Of a DNA stretch of 64,000 bases, positions 19,501-27,063 are shown piece by piece; position 1 is the stretch's first letter; every line of letters begins with the position of its first letter. Source of the DNA: Lachnospiraceae bacterium UBA3866. GTDB taxonomy: Bacteria > Bacillota > Clostridia > Lachnospirales > Lachnospiraceae. The stretch is from contig DGGU01000042.1 in NCBI GenBank assembly GCA_002392345.1, positions 14,358 through 78,357 of the forward strand, read 5' to 3'. The position numbers were made by a program, and so were the translations under genes. The notes beneath the pieces are model-generated. The model had not been told where the DNA came from. It searched no databases and saw nothing but the letters and a program-made list of their open reading frames with translations.

Positions 19501-19619
19501 TTGTAAGGATAGATGGAGTGAAATCTGAATATAAATTTCATACTAGCGATGCAAAACTCGGGAAGCTTGCTGAAGTCATAGATACTATAAAAGAAAAACA
19601 TTCGTACATGGTGTTTTAG
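16596..19619 (+). CDS. ygfK: YgfK-type putative selenate reductase / glutamate-synthase-like Fe-S flavoprotein
   Basis: 1007 aa with Rossmann motifs VVGAGPGGIAVA and VIGAGNTAMD. Cys clusters CxxxCPxxQD, and a C-terminal CLHCNKVCETCNEVCP ... CNECGNCAVFCP. Confidence 0.8.
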   Translation: MSEVMKIMPFKNLMEWVIDENKTRKSVFGVKKYYKADVKKGFNIYKEHIETPIGPAAGPNSQLAQNIIASYMAGARFFELKTVQEMTGADMVKCVNKPCIKADDECYNCEWSTELYMDEAIQEYIKAWVMLHFISKEFELGATDGFVFNMSVGYNLDDIKKKDTDKFIECMKDANKHPVFKGAIDYLKAHVNEYKNFKLEDIEKIPNQVCHSVTESTLHGCPPAEIERIAMYLMEEKGLNTFIKCNPTLLGYERARKILNDMGYTYIAFTDSHFLTDLQWDDAVKMLKRLMEHAEKKGLTFGVKLTNTFPVDVTRNELPSQEMYMSGKSLFALSTKVAEMLTTEFNGKLKIAYSGGADYFNIDKLVDAGIWPVTVATTILKPGGYDRFHQMAEKVMANVSDMVTFNGVDVKKVQNLSEECKKDKHLVKKSLRFKQNKIKVKNPLTDCFMSPCSMTCPINQDISLYNYYVKNNEFEKALEVIYRTNPLPFMTGNICAHPCTTSCMRNHYEENVDIRGNKLLAARNAFDKVVKNVKPVSPNGKTVAVVGAGPGGIAVATFLARDGYAVTVYDKEKKAGGTVSNIIPHFRLPEEEIEKDVEYAKAWGAKFELGVEIKSIKELKDKFDYVVIAIGAHKESKAGFTGDDKCINAHKFLIDFNEKNGKLDIGKNAAVIGAGNTAMDAVRAAKRTSGVENVYLVYRRNMLNAPADEDEINLAIKDGVQIKELLAPDSYENGVLKCKVCKLGPIGADGRNSIDVTNDIAEIKADIVIASIGEKVDGEFYKSNGIDVNDKGLPVLDSMMQTSIKDVYAIGDGALGASIIVKAIRDAKLVSVAISGKSFEGNEVPNEKVENIYKDRAILKDRVEVSANNVGAVSHASPNDASRCLHCNKVCETCNEVCPNRANVHIELKDGSHQIVHVDSMCNECGNCAVFCPYDSRPYKDKFTLFFDEAAMNDSENSGFYFKDENLAVVRIDGVKSEYKFHTSDAKLGKLAEVIDTIKEKHSYMVF
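19203..19228 (+). repeat. REP-like sequence embedded in frame within ygfK (GTAGGGGC-TGTAAGCCA-TGCGAGCCC)
   Basis: Both GC-rich flanks (8 and 9 nt) are identical to the REP consensus. Orientation matches the neighbouring + copies. It encodes VGAVSHASP. Confidence 0.6.
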
Positions 19620-19622
19620 TTT

Positions 19623-22190
19623 ATGGCTAAAATTTTTGTAAATGGAAAAGAATATGAGTTAGCTGATGACAAAAAAGTCATGAGTTTTCTTAGAGATGAA
19701 CTTAAACTCTTGTCAGTGAAAGATGGTTGTGCAGAAGGTGCTTGTGGAGCATGCACTGTACTTGCTGACGGCATCCCTACTAAAGTATGTGTGCAGACTG
19801 CTAAAAGAATGGAAGGCAAGCATATCTTGACTGTGGAAGGGCTAACCGATAGAGAGAAGGATGTATTTAAATATGCATTCGGCAAGGCTCAGGCTGTACA
19901 ATGCGGTTTCTGCATACCTGGTATGGTTATGTGTGCGAAGGCACTAATTGACAAGAATAATAATCCAACTCGTATAGAAGTAGCTGATGCAATTAAAAAC
20001 AATTATTGTCGCTGCACTGGTTACAAAAAAATAATTGATGCCATAATTCTTGCTGCAAAGATATTTAGAGAAAATACAGAAGTTAAATTTGAAAATAAAG
20101 TAATGGCCTTAGGTGAGAGTGATGTAAGAGTAGATGCTCCTGATAAGACCATGGGTACTGCAAAATATGCCGATGACATTTACCTTGATAATATGATTTA
20201 TGGCTCATGTGTACGTTCTCTGTATCCAAGAGCAAGAGTTAAAAACATCGACATAGAAGAGGCTAAGAAAGTTCCTGGAGTTGTCGGGATACTTACTGCT
20301 AAAGATTTACCAGGAAAAATGACTGGACACTTAAAGAAAGATTGGTTTGCACTTATCGATATTGGGGACATTACTCACTCACTTGGAGATGCAATTGTTG
20401 CAGTGTATGCTAAAGATAAAGAAACTCTAGAAAAGGCGAAGGCTCTTGTTAAAGTTGAGTATGAAGTGTTGCCTGCAGTATTTGATAGATATGAGGCAAT
20501 GAAAGAAGGAGCTCCTATAGTTCATGAAGAAGAAGAGACTAAGACAAATATATTAGTTGAAAAACATATAAAGAGAGGTGACCCTGATACTGCAATTAAA
20601 AATGCAAAATTCAAAGTTACCAATACCTATAAGACTCCATATACTGAGCATGCCTTCCTTGAACCAGAATGTGCTGTAGCACTTCCACTTCAAGATGGTG
20701 GTGTTATGATATACTCTTCAGATCAAAGTACTTATGATACAAGAAGAGAATGCAGTAACATCACAGGACTTCCAGAAGAAAAGATTATAGTAGAAAATTC
20801 ATATGTCGGTGGTGCATTTGGCGGAAAAGAAGATATGACTATACAACCACTTACCTGTGTAGCTGCTATGAAATATGGCGTAGCAGTCAAAATGAAACTT
20901 ACAAGACAGGAGAGTATGCAACTTCATCCAAAGCGTCATCCTATGGATGTAACTCTTACCACAGCTTGCGATGAAAATGGAATACTAGTTGGCATGAAAT
21001 GTGAAGTAGTATCTGATACTGGTTGTTATGCTTCACTTGGTGGACCAGTGCTAGAAAGGGCTTGTACACATGCCGCAGGACCATATAATTATCAAAATGT
21101 AGAGATACACGGAACAGCTGTATATACTAATAATCCGCCAGCAGGAGCATTTAGAGGCTTTGGTGTAACGCAAACTTGTTTTGCAACTGAGATGAATATA
21201 AATAAGCTTGCTGACATGGTAGGCATAGATTATTTTGAAATTAGAAGAAGAAATGCTATTAAGCCTGGTGATGTATTACCTAATGGCCAAGTCGCTGATG
21301 CAAGTACGGGCTTAATTGAGACACTTGATGCAGTAAAAGATATATATTATAAAAATAAATATGTTGGCATAGCGTGTGCGATGAAAAATGCAGGCGTTGG
21401 TGTTGGACTTCCTGATTATGGAAGATGCAAAATCCTTGTAAATGATGGAAAAGTTGTGATTCATTGCGGAGCTTCAGAAAATGGACAAGGTATAGGACAA
21501 GTTTTAGTGCAAACTGTAAGCAATGAATTAAAACTTCCAATTGATAAGATAGTTTGGAAAAATTCTAATAGTAAGAATGATCCTGATAGTGGCACAAGTT
21601 CTGGTAGTCGTCATACACTTATTTCTGGCGAAGCGTGTCTTAGAGCGACAAGAGAATTATATAAAGATTATATAGCAAATGATAAAGATCTAAACAAATT
21701 AAATGGTAAAGAATATGTAGCGGATTTCTTTGAGCCAACAGATAAACTCGGAGCGGATGTAGAGTTCCCTGTATCACATATTGGTTATGGTTTTGCAACC
21801 CAGCTTTGCATTCTTAATGATGATGGTACGATAAAAGAGATGGTAGGAGCTCATGAAGTTGGTAAGGCTATCAACAAACTTGGTGTTGAAGGACAGATAG
21901 AAGGTGGCATGGTGATGAGCATGGGTTATGCACTTACAGAAGACTTAAAAGTAATTGATGGCAAGGTAAATGCGAAATATGGAACTTATGGATTATTCCG
22001 TGCTAATAAAGTCCCAGAGCTCACTTCAATTGTTGTTGAAAAAGAAGGTATGAAGTGGGCCAATGGCGCTATAGGTTGTGGTGAGATTACAGCCATCCCT
22101 ACAGCCCCAGCTATCGCCCTCGCATATTATAGAAAAGATGGCGAGTTCCGCACGGAGCTCCCACTCAAAAACACGCCATATAGAAAATAG
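19623..22190 (+). CDS. xdhD: Selenium-dependent molybdenum hydroxylase (XdhD-like; 2Fe-2S domain fused to Mo-binding body)
   Basis: N-terminal CAEGACGACTV, CGFCIPG, CRCTGY, followed by hammerhead and Mo-hydroxylase domains (GGAFGGKED). Adjacent to ygfK. Confidence 0.8.
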   Translation: MAKIFVNGKEYELADDKKVMSFLRDELKLLSVKDGCAEGACGACTVLADGIPTKVCVQTAKRMEGKHILTVEGLTDREKDVFKYAFGKAQAVQCGFCIPGMVMCAKALIDKNNNPTRIEVADAIKNNYCRCTGYKKIIDAIILAAKIFRENTEVKFENKVMALGESDVRVDAPDKTMGTAKYADDIYLDNMIYGSCVRSLYPRARVKNIDIEEAKKVPGVVGILTAKDLPGKMTGHLKKDWFALIDIGDITHSLGDAIVAVYAKDKETLEKAKALVKVEYEVLPAVFDRYEAMKEGAPIVHEEEETKTNILVEKHIKRGDPDTAIKNAKFKVTNTYKTPYTEHAFLEPECAVALPLQDGGVMIYSSDQSTYDTRRECSNITGLPEEKIIVENSYVGGAFGGKEDMTIQPLTCVAAMKYGVAVKMKLTRQESMQLHPKRHPMDVTLTTACDENGILVGMKCEVVSDTGCYASLGGPVLERACTHAAGPYNYQNVEIHGTAVYTNNPPAGAFRGFGVTQTCFATEMNINKLADMVGIDYFEIRRRNAIKPGDVLPNGQVADASTGLIETLDAVKDIYYKNKYVGIACAMKNAGVGVGLPDYGRCKILVNDGKVVIHCGASENGQGIGQVLVQTVSNELKLPIDKIVWKNSNSKNDPDSGTSSGSRHTLISGEACLRATRELYKDYIANDKDLNKLNGKEYVADFFEPTDKLGADVEFPVSHIGYGFATQLCILNDDGTIKEMVGAHEVGKAINKLGVEGQIEGGMVMSMGYALTEDLKVIDGKVNAKYGTYGLFRANKVPELTSIVVEKEGMKWANGAIGCGEITAIPTAPAIALAYYRKDGEFRTELPLKNTPYRK

Positions 22191-22192
22191 AG

Positions 22193-22422
22193 TTGGCGAA
22201 GCCACACGTAGGGTGAGCGCCCGAGCGAAGCGACAAAGTGCCCTCGGGGTGCACTGCGAGCCTTTGGCGAAACCACCCGTAGGGGGAAAACAGTCCAGTG
22301 GACTGTTTTCCACTGCGAGCCCTTGGCGAAGCCATTTGTAGGGGCGAGCACTGCGAGCCCTTGGAACAACAACCACAGGTGAGCATATTACCATAACCGT
22401 AGGGGCGAGCACTGCGAGCCCG
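22193..22422 (+). repeat. Tandem array of four same-orientation REP units (BIME-like)
   Basis: GTAG heads at 22208, 22279, 22338 and 22399, each ending in ACTGCGAGCC(C). Units are joined by TTGGCGAAGCC linkers. The cargo between head and tail varies. Confidence 0.9.
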
Positions 22423-22432
22423 TTAATGTAAT

Positions 22433-23083
22433 ATGAAATATAAAGTAATAGATAAAGAAAAATATTATAGAAAAGATGTTTTTAATCACTTTACTAAAGA
22501 CTGCAAATGCTCTACATCAATTACATCAAGGATAGATGTAACCAAACTGGTAGAATATTCAAAGACTAAAGACACAAAGTTTTATATAAACTTTTTATAT
22601 ATTCTTTCAAAAGTTTTGAATTCGCAAGATGATTATAGAATGGGCTATTTATGGAAGATTGAAGAATTAGTTTGTTATGATGTAATTAATCCAGCTCATT
22701 ATGTATTCCATGATGATACTAAGACTTGCACAATGGTATATAGCAAATATTCTGTGAATTATAAAGATTTTTATGATAATGTCAAACTTGATATAGAGAA
22801 TGCAAAAGCAACACGAGAGTATAGATTTGATATTGTAAACCACCCAAACTGGTTTGATGCTTCTTACATACCATGGGTTTCATATGATTCTTTAAATATA
22901 GAATTGCCAGATGGATTTTTACATTTAGCACCTATAGTGAACTGGGGAAAATATAGAGAAGAAAATGGAAGACTAATGATGCCAGTAACAGTTCGAATGA
23001 ATCATGCTATAGCAGATGGTTACCTAATTGCAAATGTATTCTGCGAGTTACAAAACGAAATAGATTCATTTGTTAAACAGTAA
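22433..23083 (+). CDS. Chloramphenicol acetyltransferase (CAT, type A) family protein
   Basis: 216 aa with CAT-like length and layout. N-terminal YYRKDVFNHF; catalytic-His region MNHAIADGY (compare HHAVCDGFH). Confidence 0.7.
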   Translation: MKYKVIDKEKYYRKDVFNHFTKDCKCSTSITSRIDVTKLVEYSKTKDTKFYINFLYILSKVLNSQDDYRMGYLWKIEELVCYDVINPAHYVFHDDTKTCTMVYSKYSVNYKDFYDNVKLDIENAKATREYRFDIVNHPNWFDASYIPWVSYDSLNIELPDGFLHLAPIVNWGKYREENGRLMMPVTVRMNHAIADGYLIANVFCELQNEIDSFVKQ

Positions 23084-23084
23084 T

Positions 23085-23109
23085 CGTAGGGGCGAGCACT
23101 GCGAGCCCG
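23085..23109 (+). repeat. REP copy immediately upstream of the RAYT gene
   Basis: CGTAGGGGCGAGCACTGCGAGCCCG, a perfect consensus lying 13 nt before the RAYT start codon. Confidence 0.9.
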
Positions 23110-23122
23110 TTATAAATGCAAC

Positions 23123-23563
23123 ATGGAATTAAAAACAAGAAAGAATTTAAGACTAAAAGAATATGATTATTCACAACAAGGTTGGTACTTTATAACAATT
23201 TGTACTAAAAATATGCATAACTATTTTGGGCATATCGTTGATAATAAAGTAATGCTAAATGATGAGGGCATCAAACTTAAGAAGATTATTGATGATTATA
23301 ATAATGTAAGTGATAAAGTTAAAAATGAATTCTATCAAATAATGCCGAATCATTTACATATTATAATAAGGATCGAATCGGATGGAGAGCATAGTATTGG
23401 ATCAATAGTTTCAGGACTAAAGGGTAAGTGCACAAGAGAACTTAAGATTAAAGACTTATGGCAAAAGAATTATTATGAAAGAGTTATTAGAGATCAGAAA
23501 GAATATGATAGTATTGTTAAATATATAGCAGAGAACCCATTTAGAGATAAGTATACTTGGTAA
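23123..23563 (+). CDS. REP-associated tyrosine transposase (RAYT; IS200-like HUH/Y1 family)
   Basis: 146 aa with HUH motif in MPNHLHIIIRI and a catalytic-Tyr block LWQKNYYERVIRDQKEYDSIVKYIAENP. Flanked by REPs. Confidence 0.85.
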   Translation: MELKTRKNLRLKEYDYSQQGWYFITICTKNMHNYFGHIVDNKVMLNDEGIKLKKIIDDYNNVSDKVKNEFYQIMPNHLHIIIRIESDGEHSIGSIVSGLKGKCTRELKIKDLWQKNYYERVIRDQKEYDSIVKYIAENPFRDKYTW

Positions 23564-23581
23564 AATGGCGTTGGAGGCTAA

Positions 23582-24337
23582 ATGATTATTAAATGTCCAA
23601 ATTGTAAGGAAGAGATTTCTAGCAGAGCCGATAAGTGTGTTCATTGTGGAGTTGTATTTGGTGAACACTGCAAAGAGTGTGGAGCTCCACTTAATAAAGG
23701 CGATAAAATATGTGGTGCCTGTGGATGTCCAGCTGATTATGGGCATTCCAATAACCGTAAAAATATATCTAAAGCAATTCTTGGATTCTTAATTAGTTTT
23801 TTTATAATTGTGATACTCGTTGGTTTTGGTGTATTCTTTTACCAAAAACAATTGGATGTAGATTTTATAAACAATTATGCTTCTATTGTGCCAAAATTTA
23901 GCTATTCAAGTACTGACATAGACAGAAATGGTGAATTGTATAGAAAGGTATGGTACAATTCTATTTGGAAATCAAAAGATGATGAAACGGACCCTTATAC
24001 TAGAAAGAATGATGGAAAAGGCGCGTTTTATGATGATTTTAATGATGCATTATTGCTGCTTGACAATAGTCCAGATTATAAAAGCAAATGCGATGATATT
24101 ATTAAAACTCACGATGAGATTGTGGAAATAATGCAGAACATAATAAAACCAAGTGATAGATATTTAGATATTTATATAGAAATGAAGAAATGCTATGATG
24201 ACTATTTAGACTTATACCATATTGTAATTCATCCTGGTGGAGAATCATATAATTCTTATGAGGAAAAGTTTAAAAACAGAAGAGGCGCATTTAAAGATAG
24301 TTTACTAAAGTTAATGGATCATAAGGTTACTAATTAA
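23582..24337 (+). CDS. Double zinc-ribbon, single-pass membrane protein (hypothetical)
   Basis: N-terminal CPNCKEE..CVHCG and CKECG..CGACGC zinc ribbons, one TM helix (ILGFLISFFIIVILVGFGVFFY), and a C-terminal domain of about 160 aa with unknown function. Confidence 0.6.
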   Translation: MIIKCPNCKEEISSRADKCVHCGVVFGEHCKECGAPLNKGDKICGACGCPADYGHSNNRKNISKAILGFLISFFIIVILVGFGVFFYQKQLDVDFINNYASIVPKFSYSSTDIDRNGELYRKVWYNSIWKSKDDETDPYTRKNDGKGAFYDDFNDALLLLDNSPDYKSKCDDIIKTHDEIVEIMQNIIKPSDRYLDIYIEMKKCYDDYLDLYHIVIHPGGESYNSYEEKFKNRRGAFKDSLLKLMDHKVTN

Positions 24338-24357
24338 TTGTTTATATTAGGCGTATT

Positions 24358-24378
24358 TGGGCTCGCAGTGCTCACTCG
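24358..24378 (-). repeat. Truncated inverted REP copy (GGGCTCGCAGTGCTCACTCGG)
   Basis: 15/15 match to the REP tail in reverse orientation; the GTAG head is degenerate. Confidence 0.6.
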
Positions 24379-24398
24379 GATAAAAGGATGTGTATTTT

Positions 24399-24584
24399 AT
24401 GGCAATGACACCGAAAGAAATGGTAGATTTATTAGAAAAGAATGGATTTGTCAAGATTAGACAAAAGGGTTCGCATGCCATGTATAAAAATGCAGCAACC
24501 AATAGGCAAGTTACAGTTCCAATGCATGCTAAGGATTTGCCAAAAGGATTGGAAAAAGCTATAAAAAAACAAGCAGGAATATAA
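24399..24584 (+). CDS. hicA: HicA toxin (type II TA mRNA interferase)
   Basis: About 61 aa; LEKNGFVKIRQKGSHAMY...VTVPMHAKDLPKGLEKAIKKQAG is the typical HicA/YcfA fold signature. ATG 24399 is preferred, about 10 nt after AAAAGGA. Confidence 0.85.
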   Translation: MAMTPKEMVDLLEKNGFVKIRQKGSHAMYKNAATNRQVTVPMHAKDLPKGLEKAIKKQAGI

Positions 24585-24595
24585 GGAGTGATTTT

Positions 24596-24862
24596 ATGAA
24601 AAGAGTATTTTATTTAGCAATATTTCATGAAGAGAATAATGAATATTGGGTTTCATTTCCAGATTTTCCAGAGTGTTTTTCGCAAGGTACTACATTAGAA
24701 GATTCTTTTAAACATGCACAAGAAGCATTAGAGTTATGTATTGAAGAAAGATTAAGTAATAAAGAAAAATTACCTACTCCTACATTAGTTTATGACAAAA
24801 GTGGTAATGATAAACATGTTCTTATGTCGTGTGAGTATGATATGAATGCAATTGCAGCATAG
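24596..24862 (+). CDS. hicB: HicB-family antitoxin (short form)
   Basis: 88 aa; FHEENNEYWVSFPDFPECFSQGTTLEDSFKHAQEALELCIE is the HicB N-terminal fold. Lies directly downstream of hicA. Confidence 0.8.
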   Translation: MKRVFYLAIFHEENNEYWVSFPDFPECFSQGTTLEDSFKHAQEALELCIEERLSNKEKLPTPTLVYDKSGNDKHVLMSCEYDMNAIAA

Positions 24863-24885
24863 TTTAATGAGGGAGAATGATAACC

Positions 24886-25521
24886 ATGAAATGCAAATCT
24901 AATTCAAAATTATTGAAACAATTTTGTGTAATTATTGGCATTTTTGTTTTTTGCTTTGAATCTATTCAGGCAAGTAGTATTAATGATCTAAACCATAATG
25001 CACAATATGGTGTTATAAGAACAGCAACAAGTCCATCTTGGGAAATATTTTATGGTTTGGATTCTCGCTTTTTGGAACCTAATCCTAATAATCCAGGGAT
25101 TAAGAATAAGAATAACATAAAGGGGACTTTTTCTAATTCAGCGGCAAAATTTGAGAATTGTTATGCAACTTTGAGGTATTGGAAATCATCTGGAACTTTA
25201 GATGAATATTTTGATATGCTAATTTATGAATACGATTATATGTTTCCAGTGACAAATAATAGTATAAGTGATTATAGTAAGTATTATTGTACAATTAGGT
25301 TTAATAATACTGATTATAATTTTACAGCAAAATTGATAAAGAATGAATTGGTTTTTGATATTAATGGTCAAAATTATCTTAAGTTTTTTATGAATAGCGG
25401 TGTTGCATTTAAAATTTATATTGAAGAATATGTATCGTATATTCAGCCATCAACGTATTTATTTGAAATCAATAGTATGGGATTTCAGCCATTATACTCT
25501 CAGTTGAATACTATACAATAA
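24886..25521 (+). CDS. Secreted hypothetical protein
   Basis: Signal peptide MKCKSNSKLLKQFCVIIGIFVFCFESIQA; RBS GGGAG lies 10 nt before ATG 24886. No recognisable domain. Confidence 0.5.
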   Translation: MKCKSNSKLLKQFCVIIGIFVFCFESIQASSINDLNHNAQYGVIRTATSPSWEIFYGLDSRFLEPNPNNPGIKNKNNIKGTFSNSAAKFENCYATLRYWKSSGTLDEYFDMLIYEYDYMFPVTNNSISDYSKYYCTIRFNNTDYNFTAKLIKNELVFDINGQNYLKFFMNSGVAFKIYIEEYVSYIQPSTYLFEINSMGFQPLYSQLNTIQ

Positions 25522-25530
25522 AATATGTTG

Positions 25531-25645
25531 CGGGCTCGCAGTGCTCGCACCTACGAAGAATGAGTAAGATTACGCCAGCGGGCTCGCAGTGCTCGCCCCT
25601 ACGGGTGGCTTCGCCAAGGGCTAGCAGTGCTCGCCCCTACGGTGG
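25531..25645 (-). repeat. Array of three inverted-orientation REP units
   Basis: CGGGCTCGCAGTGCTCGC(A/C)CCTAC at 25531 and 25579, GGGCTAGCAGTGCTCGCCCCTAC at 25618, and a GGCTTCGCC linker. Confidence 0.9.
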
Positions 25646-25679
25646 AGATTTTAAATATTTGTTGGTAATAATGTAAATA

Positions 25680-27062
25680 ATGATGAGAAAAGTATTGCTG
25701 AAAAATGGTATAATAGTTAGTGGGAAGAAGTGTTATACTTCTGATGTTTTGATTGAAGGGGAAAAGATAAAAAAAGTAGGAAAGAATATAAAGGTAACGG
25801 GCTCGCTGTGCGAGGTGGTTGATTGCACCGGAAAATATATTTTCCCTGGCTTTATAGATGGGCATACGCATTTTGATTTGTCGGTGGCAGGAACAACTAC
25901 CATAGATGATTTTAATAGTGGAACAAAGGCTGCCATAAGCGGTGGGACTACAACCATCATAGATTATGGAACTCAGTATAAGGGCGAGACACTAAAACAA
26001 GGTTTGAAGAATTGGCTTAATAAGGCAAAGGATGGAGTGTCATGCGACTTTGGAGTTCACATGTCAATCTCTGATTGGAATCCTAGAGTTAAAAATGAAG
26101 TGAAGGACATGGTAAAAGCCGGTGTCACTTCATTTAAATTATATACAACTTACGATATAAAACTTGATGATGATGATATGCTTGCTGCATTAACGGAGAT
26201 AGCTAAGTGTAAAGGAATCACAGGAGTCCACTGTGAAAATGATGGCATCATAAAAGATTTAAGAAGCGAAGTCAAAGGAACTGATAACAAAAAAGTAATC
26301 TCACATGCACTAACTAGACCATCTGTGGCAGAAGCCGACTGTGTAAATCGTCTTTCATATATGTCACACATTACAGGTGCAGCATTTCTAGCAGTCCATG
26401 TGACTTGTGAAGAAGCATTAAATGAAGTGAAACTCGCAAAGAAAAAAGGCTACAAGGTATACGGCGAGACTTGTCCGCAGTATCTTTTCTTTGATGATAG
26501 TGTATATAATAAGAGTTTTGATGAGTCAAGTAAATACGTATGTGCGCCACCAATTAGAAAGAAAAAAGACATTAAGGCTTTGTGGAAGGCACTTAATGAT
26601 GGAAGTATAGATATAGTTTCAACAGACCACTGTTCATTTACTAAAAAGCAAAAAGCACTTGGTAAAAATGACTTTAGAAAGATACCAGGTGGACTAAATG
26701 GTGTTGAGCAGAGAGGCATATTACTTTTTGATGCAGTTCAAAAGAAAAAAATTTCTATAGAGAGAATGTGTGAACTTTTATCTGAAAACCCTGCGAAACT
26801 TTTTGGTCTTTGGGATAGGAAAGGATTTGTAAAAAAAGGATATGACGCAGATCTTGTTATAATCGATCCAAAGAAAACCACTACCTTAAGCTTGAAGAAC
26901 CAAGTTTCAAAATCAGACTATTGTGCTTTTGAGGGTAAGAAGTTAAAAGGAAAAATTGATGGAGTATTCTTAAGAGGAAAGCAAGTTGTCGACCAAAATA
27001 AAAATATTACTGATGGCATAGGTAAGTATATAAAAAGAAAAGTGTATAAAGACGTTAACTAA
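25680..27062 (+). CDS. hyuA: D-hydantoinase/dihydropyrimidinase family (HyuA/YgeZ-like)
   Basis: 460 aa; PGFIDGHTHFD metal site; cyclic-amidohydrolase layout; belongs to the ygeW-ygfK neighbourhood. Confidence 0.8.
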   Translation: MMRKVLLKNGIIVSGKKCYTSDVLIEGEKIKKVGKNIKVTGSLCEVVDCTGKYIFPGFIDGHTHFDLSVAGTTTIDDFNSGTKAAISGGTTTIIDYGTQYKGETLKQGLKNWLNKAKDGVSCDFGVHMSISDWNPRVKNEVKDMVKAGVTSFKLYTTYDIKLDDDDMLAALTEIAKCKGITGVHCENDGIIKDLRSEVKGTDNKKVISHALTRPSVAEADCVNRLSYMSHITGAAFLAVHVTCEEALNEVKLAKKKGYKVYGETCPQYLFFDDSVYNKSFDESSKYVCAPPIRKKKDIKALWKALNDGSIDIVSTDHCSFTKKQKALGKNDFRKIPGGLNGVEQRGILLFDAVQKKKISIERMCELLSENPAKLFGLWDRKGFVKKGYDADLVIIDPKKTTTLSLKNQVSKSDYCAFEGKKLKGKIDGVFLRGKQVVDQNKNITDGIGKYIKRKVYKDVN

Positions 27063-27063
27063 T

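Larger units (their letters stand above)
23085..24378 (+). mobile_element. REP-flanked RAYT unit (RAYT plus zinc-ribbon membrane protein between inverted REPs)
   Basis: A + REP at 23085..23109 and an inverted, head-degenerate REP at 24358..24378 bracket ORFs 23123..23563 and 23582..24337. Confidence 0.6.

Noticed and set aside
16596-22190. In-frame TGA selenocysteine codons or SECIS elements in the selenium-linked genes (ygfK, xdhD, xdhA).
   Set aside because: All ORFs are uninterrupted with ordinary stops. These enzymes are thought to use a labile selenium cofactor rather than Sec, and nothing in the sequence suggests recoding.
22026-22412. Four overlapping ORFs on both strands across the REP array: 22026..22412 (-), 22078..22341 (+), 22127..22372 (-) and 22165..22386 (-). 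Also the N-terminus of 25599..25871 (-).
   Set aside because: They are read through GC-rich repeats that simply lack stop codons. The same peptide snippets (for example SPWRSH) recur wherever a REP occurs. There are no RBSs, and the ORFs overlap each other and real genes.
22193-22422. Possible CRISPR array (short GC-rich repeats with spacers).
   Set aside because: The sequences between the repeats are themselves conserved modules (linker, cargo) of irregular length, 15-45 nt. The same units occur singly at many intergenic sites in both orientations. No cas genes are present.
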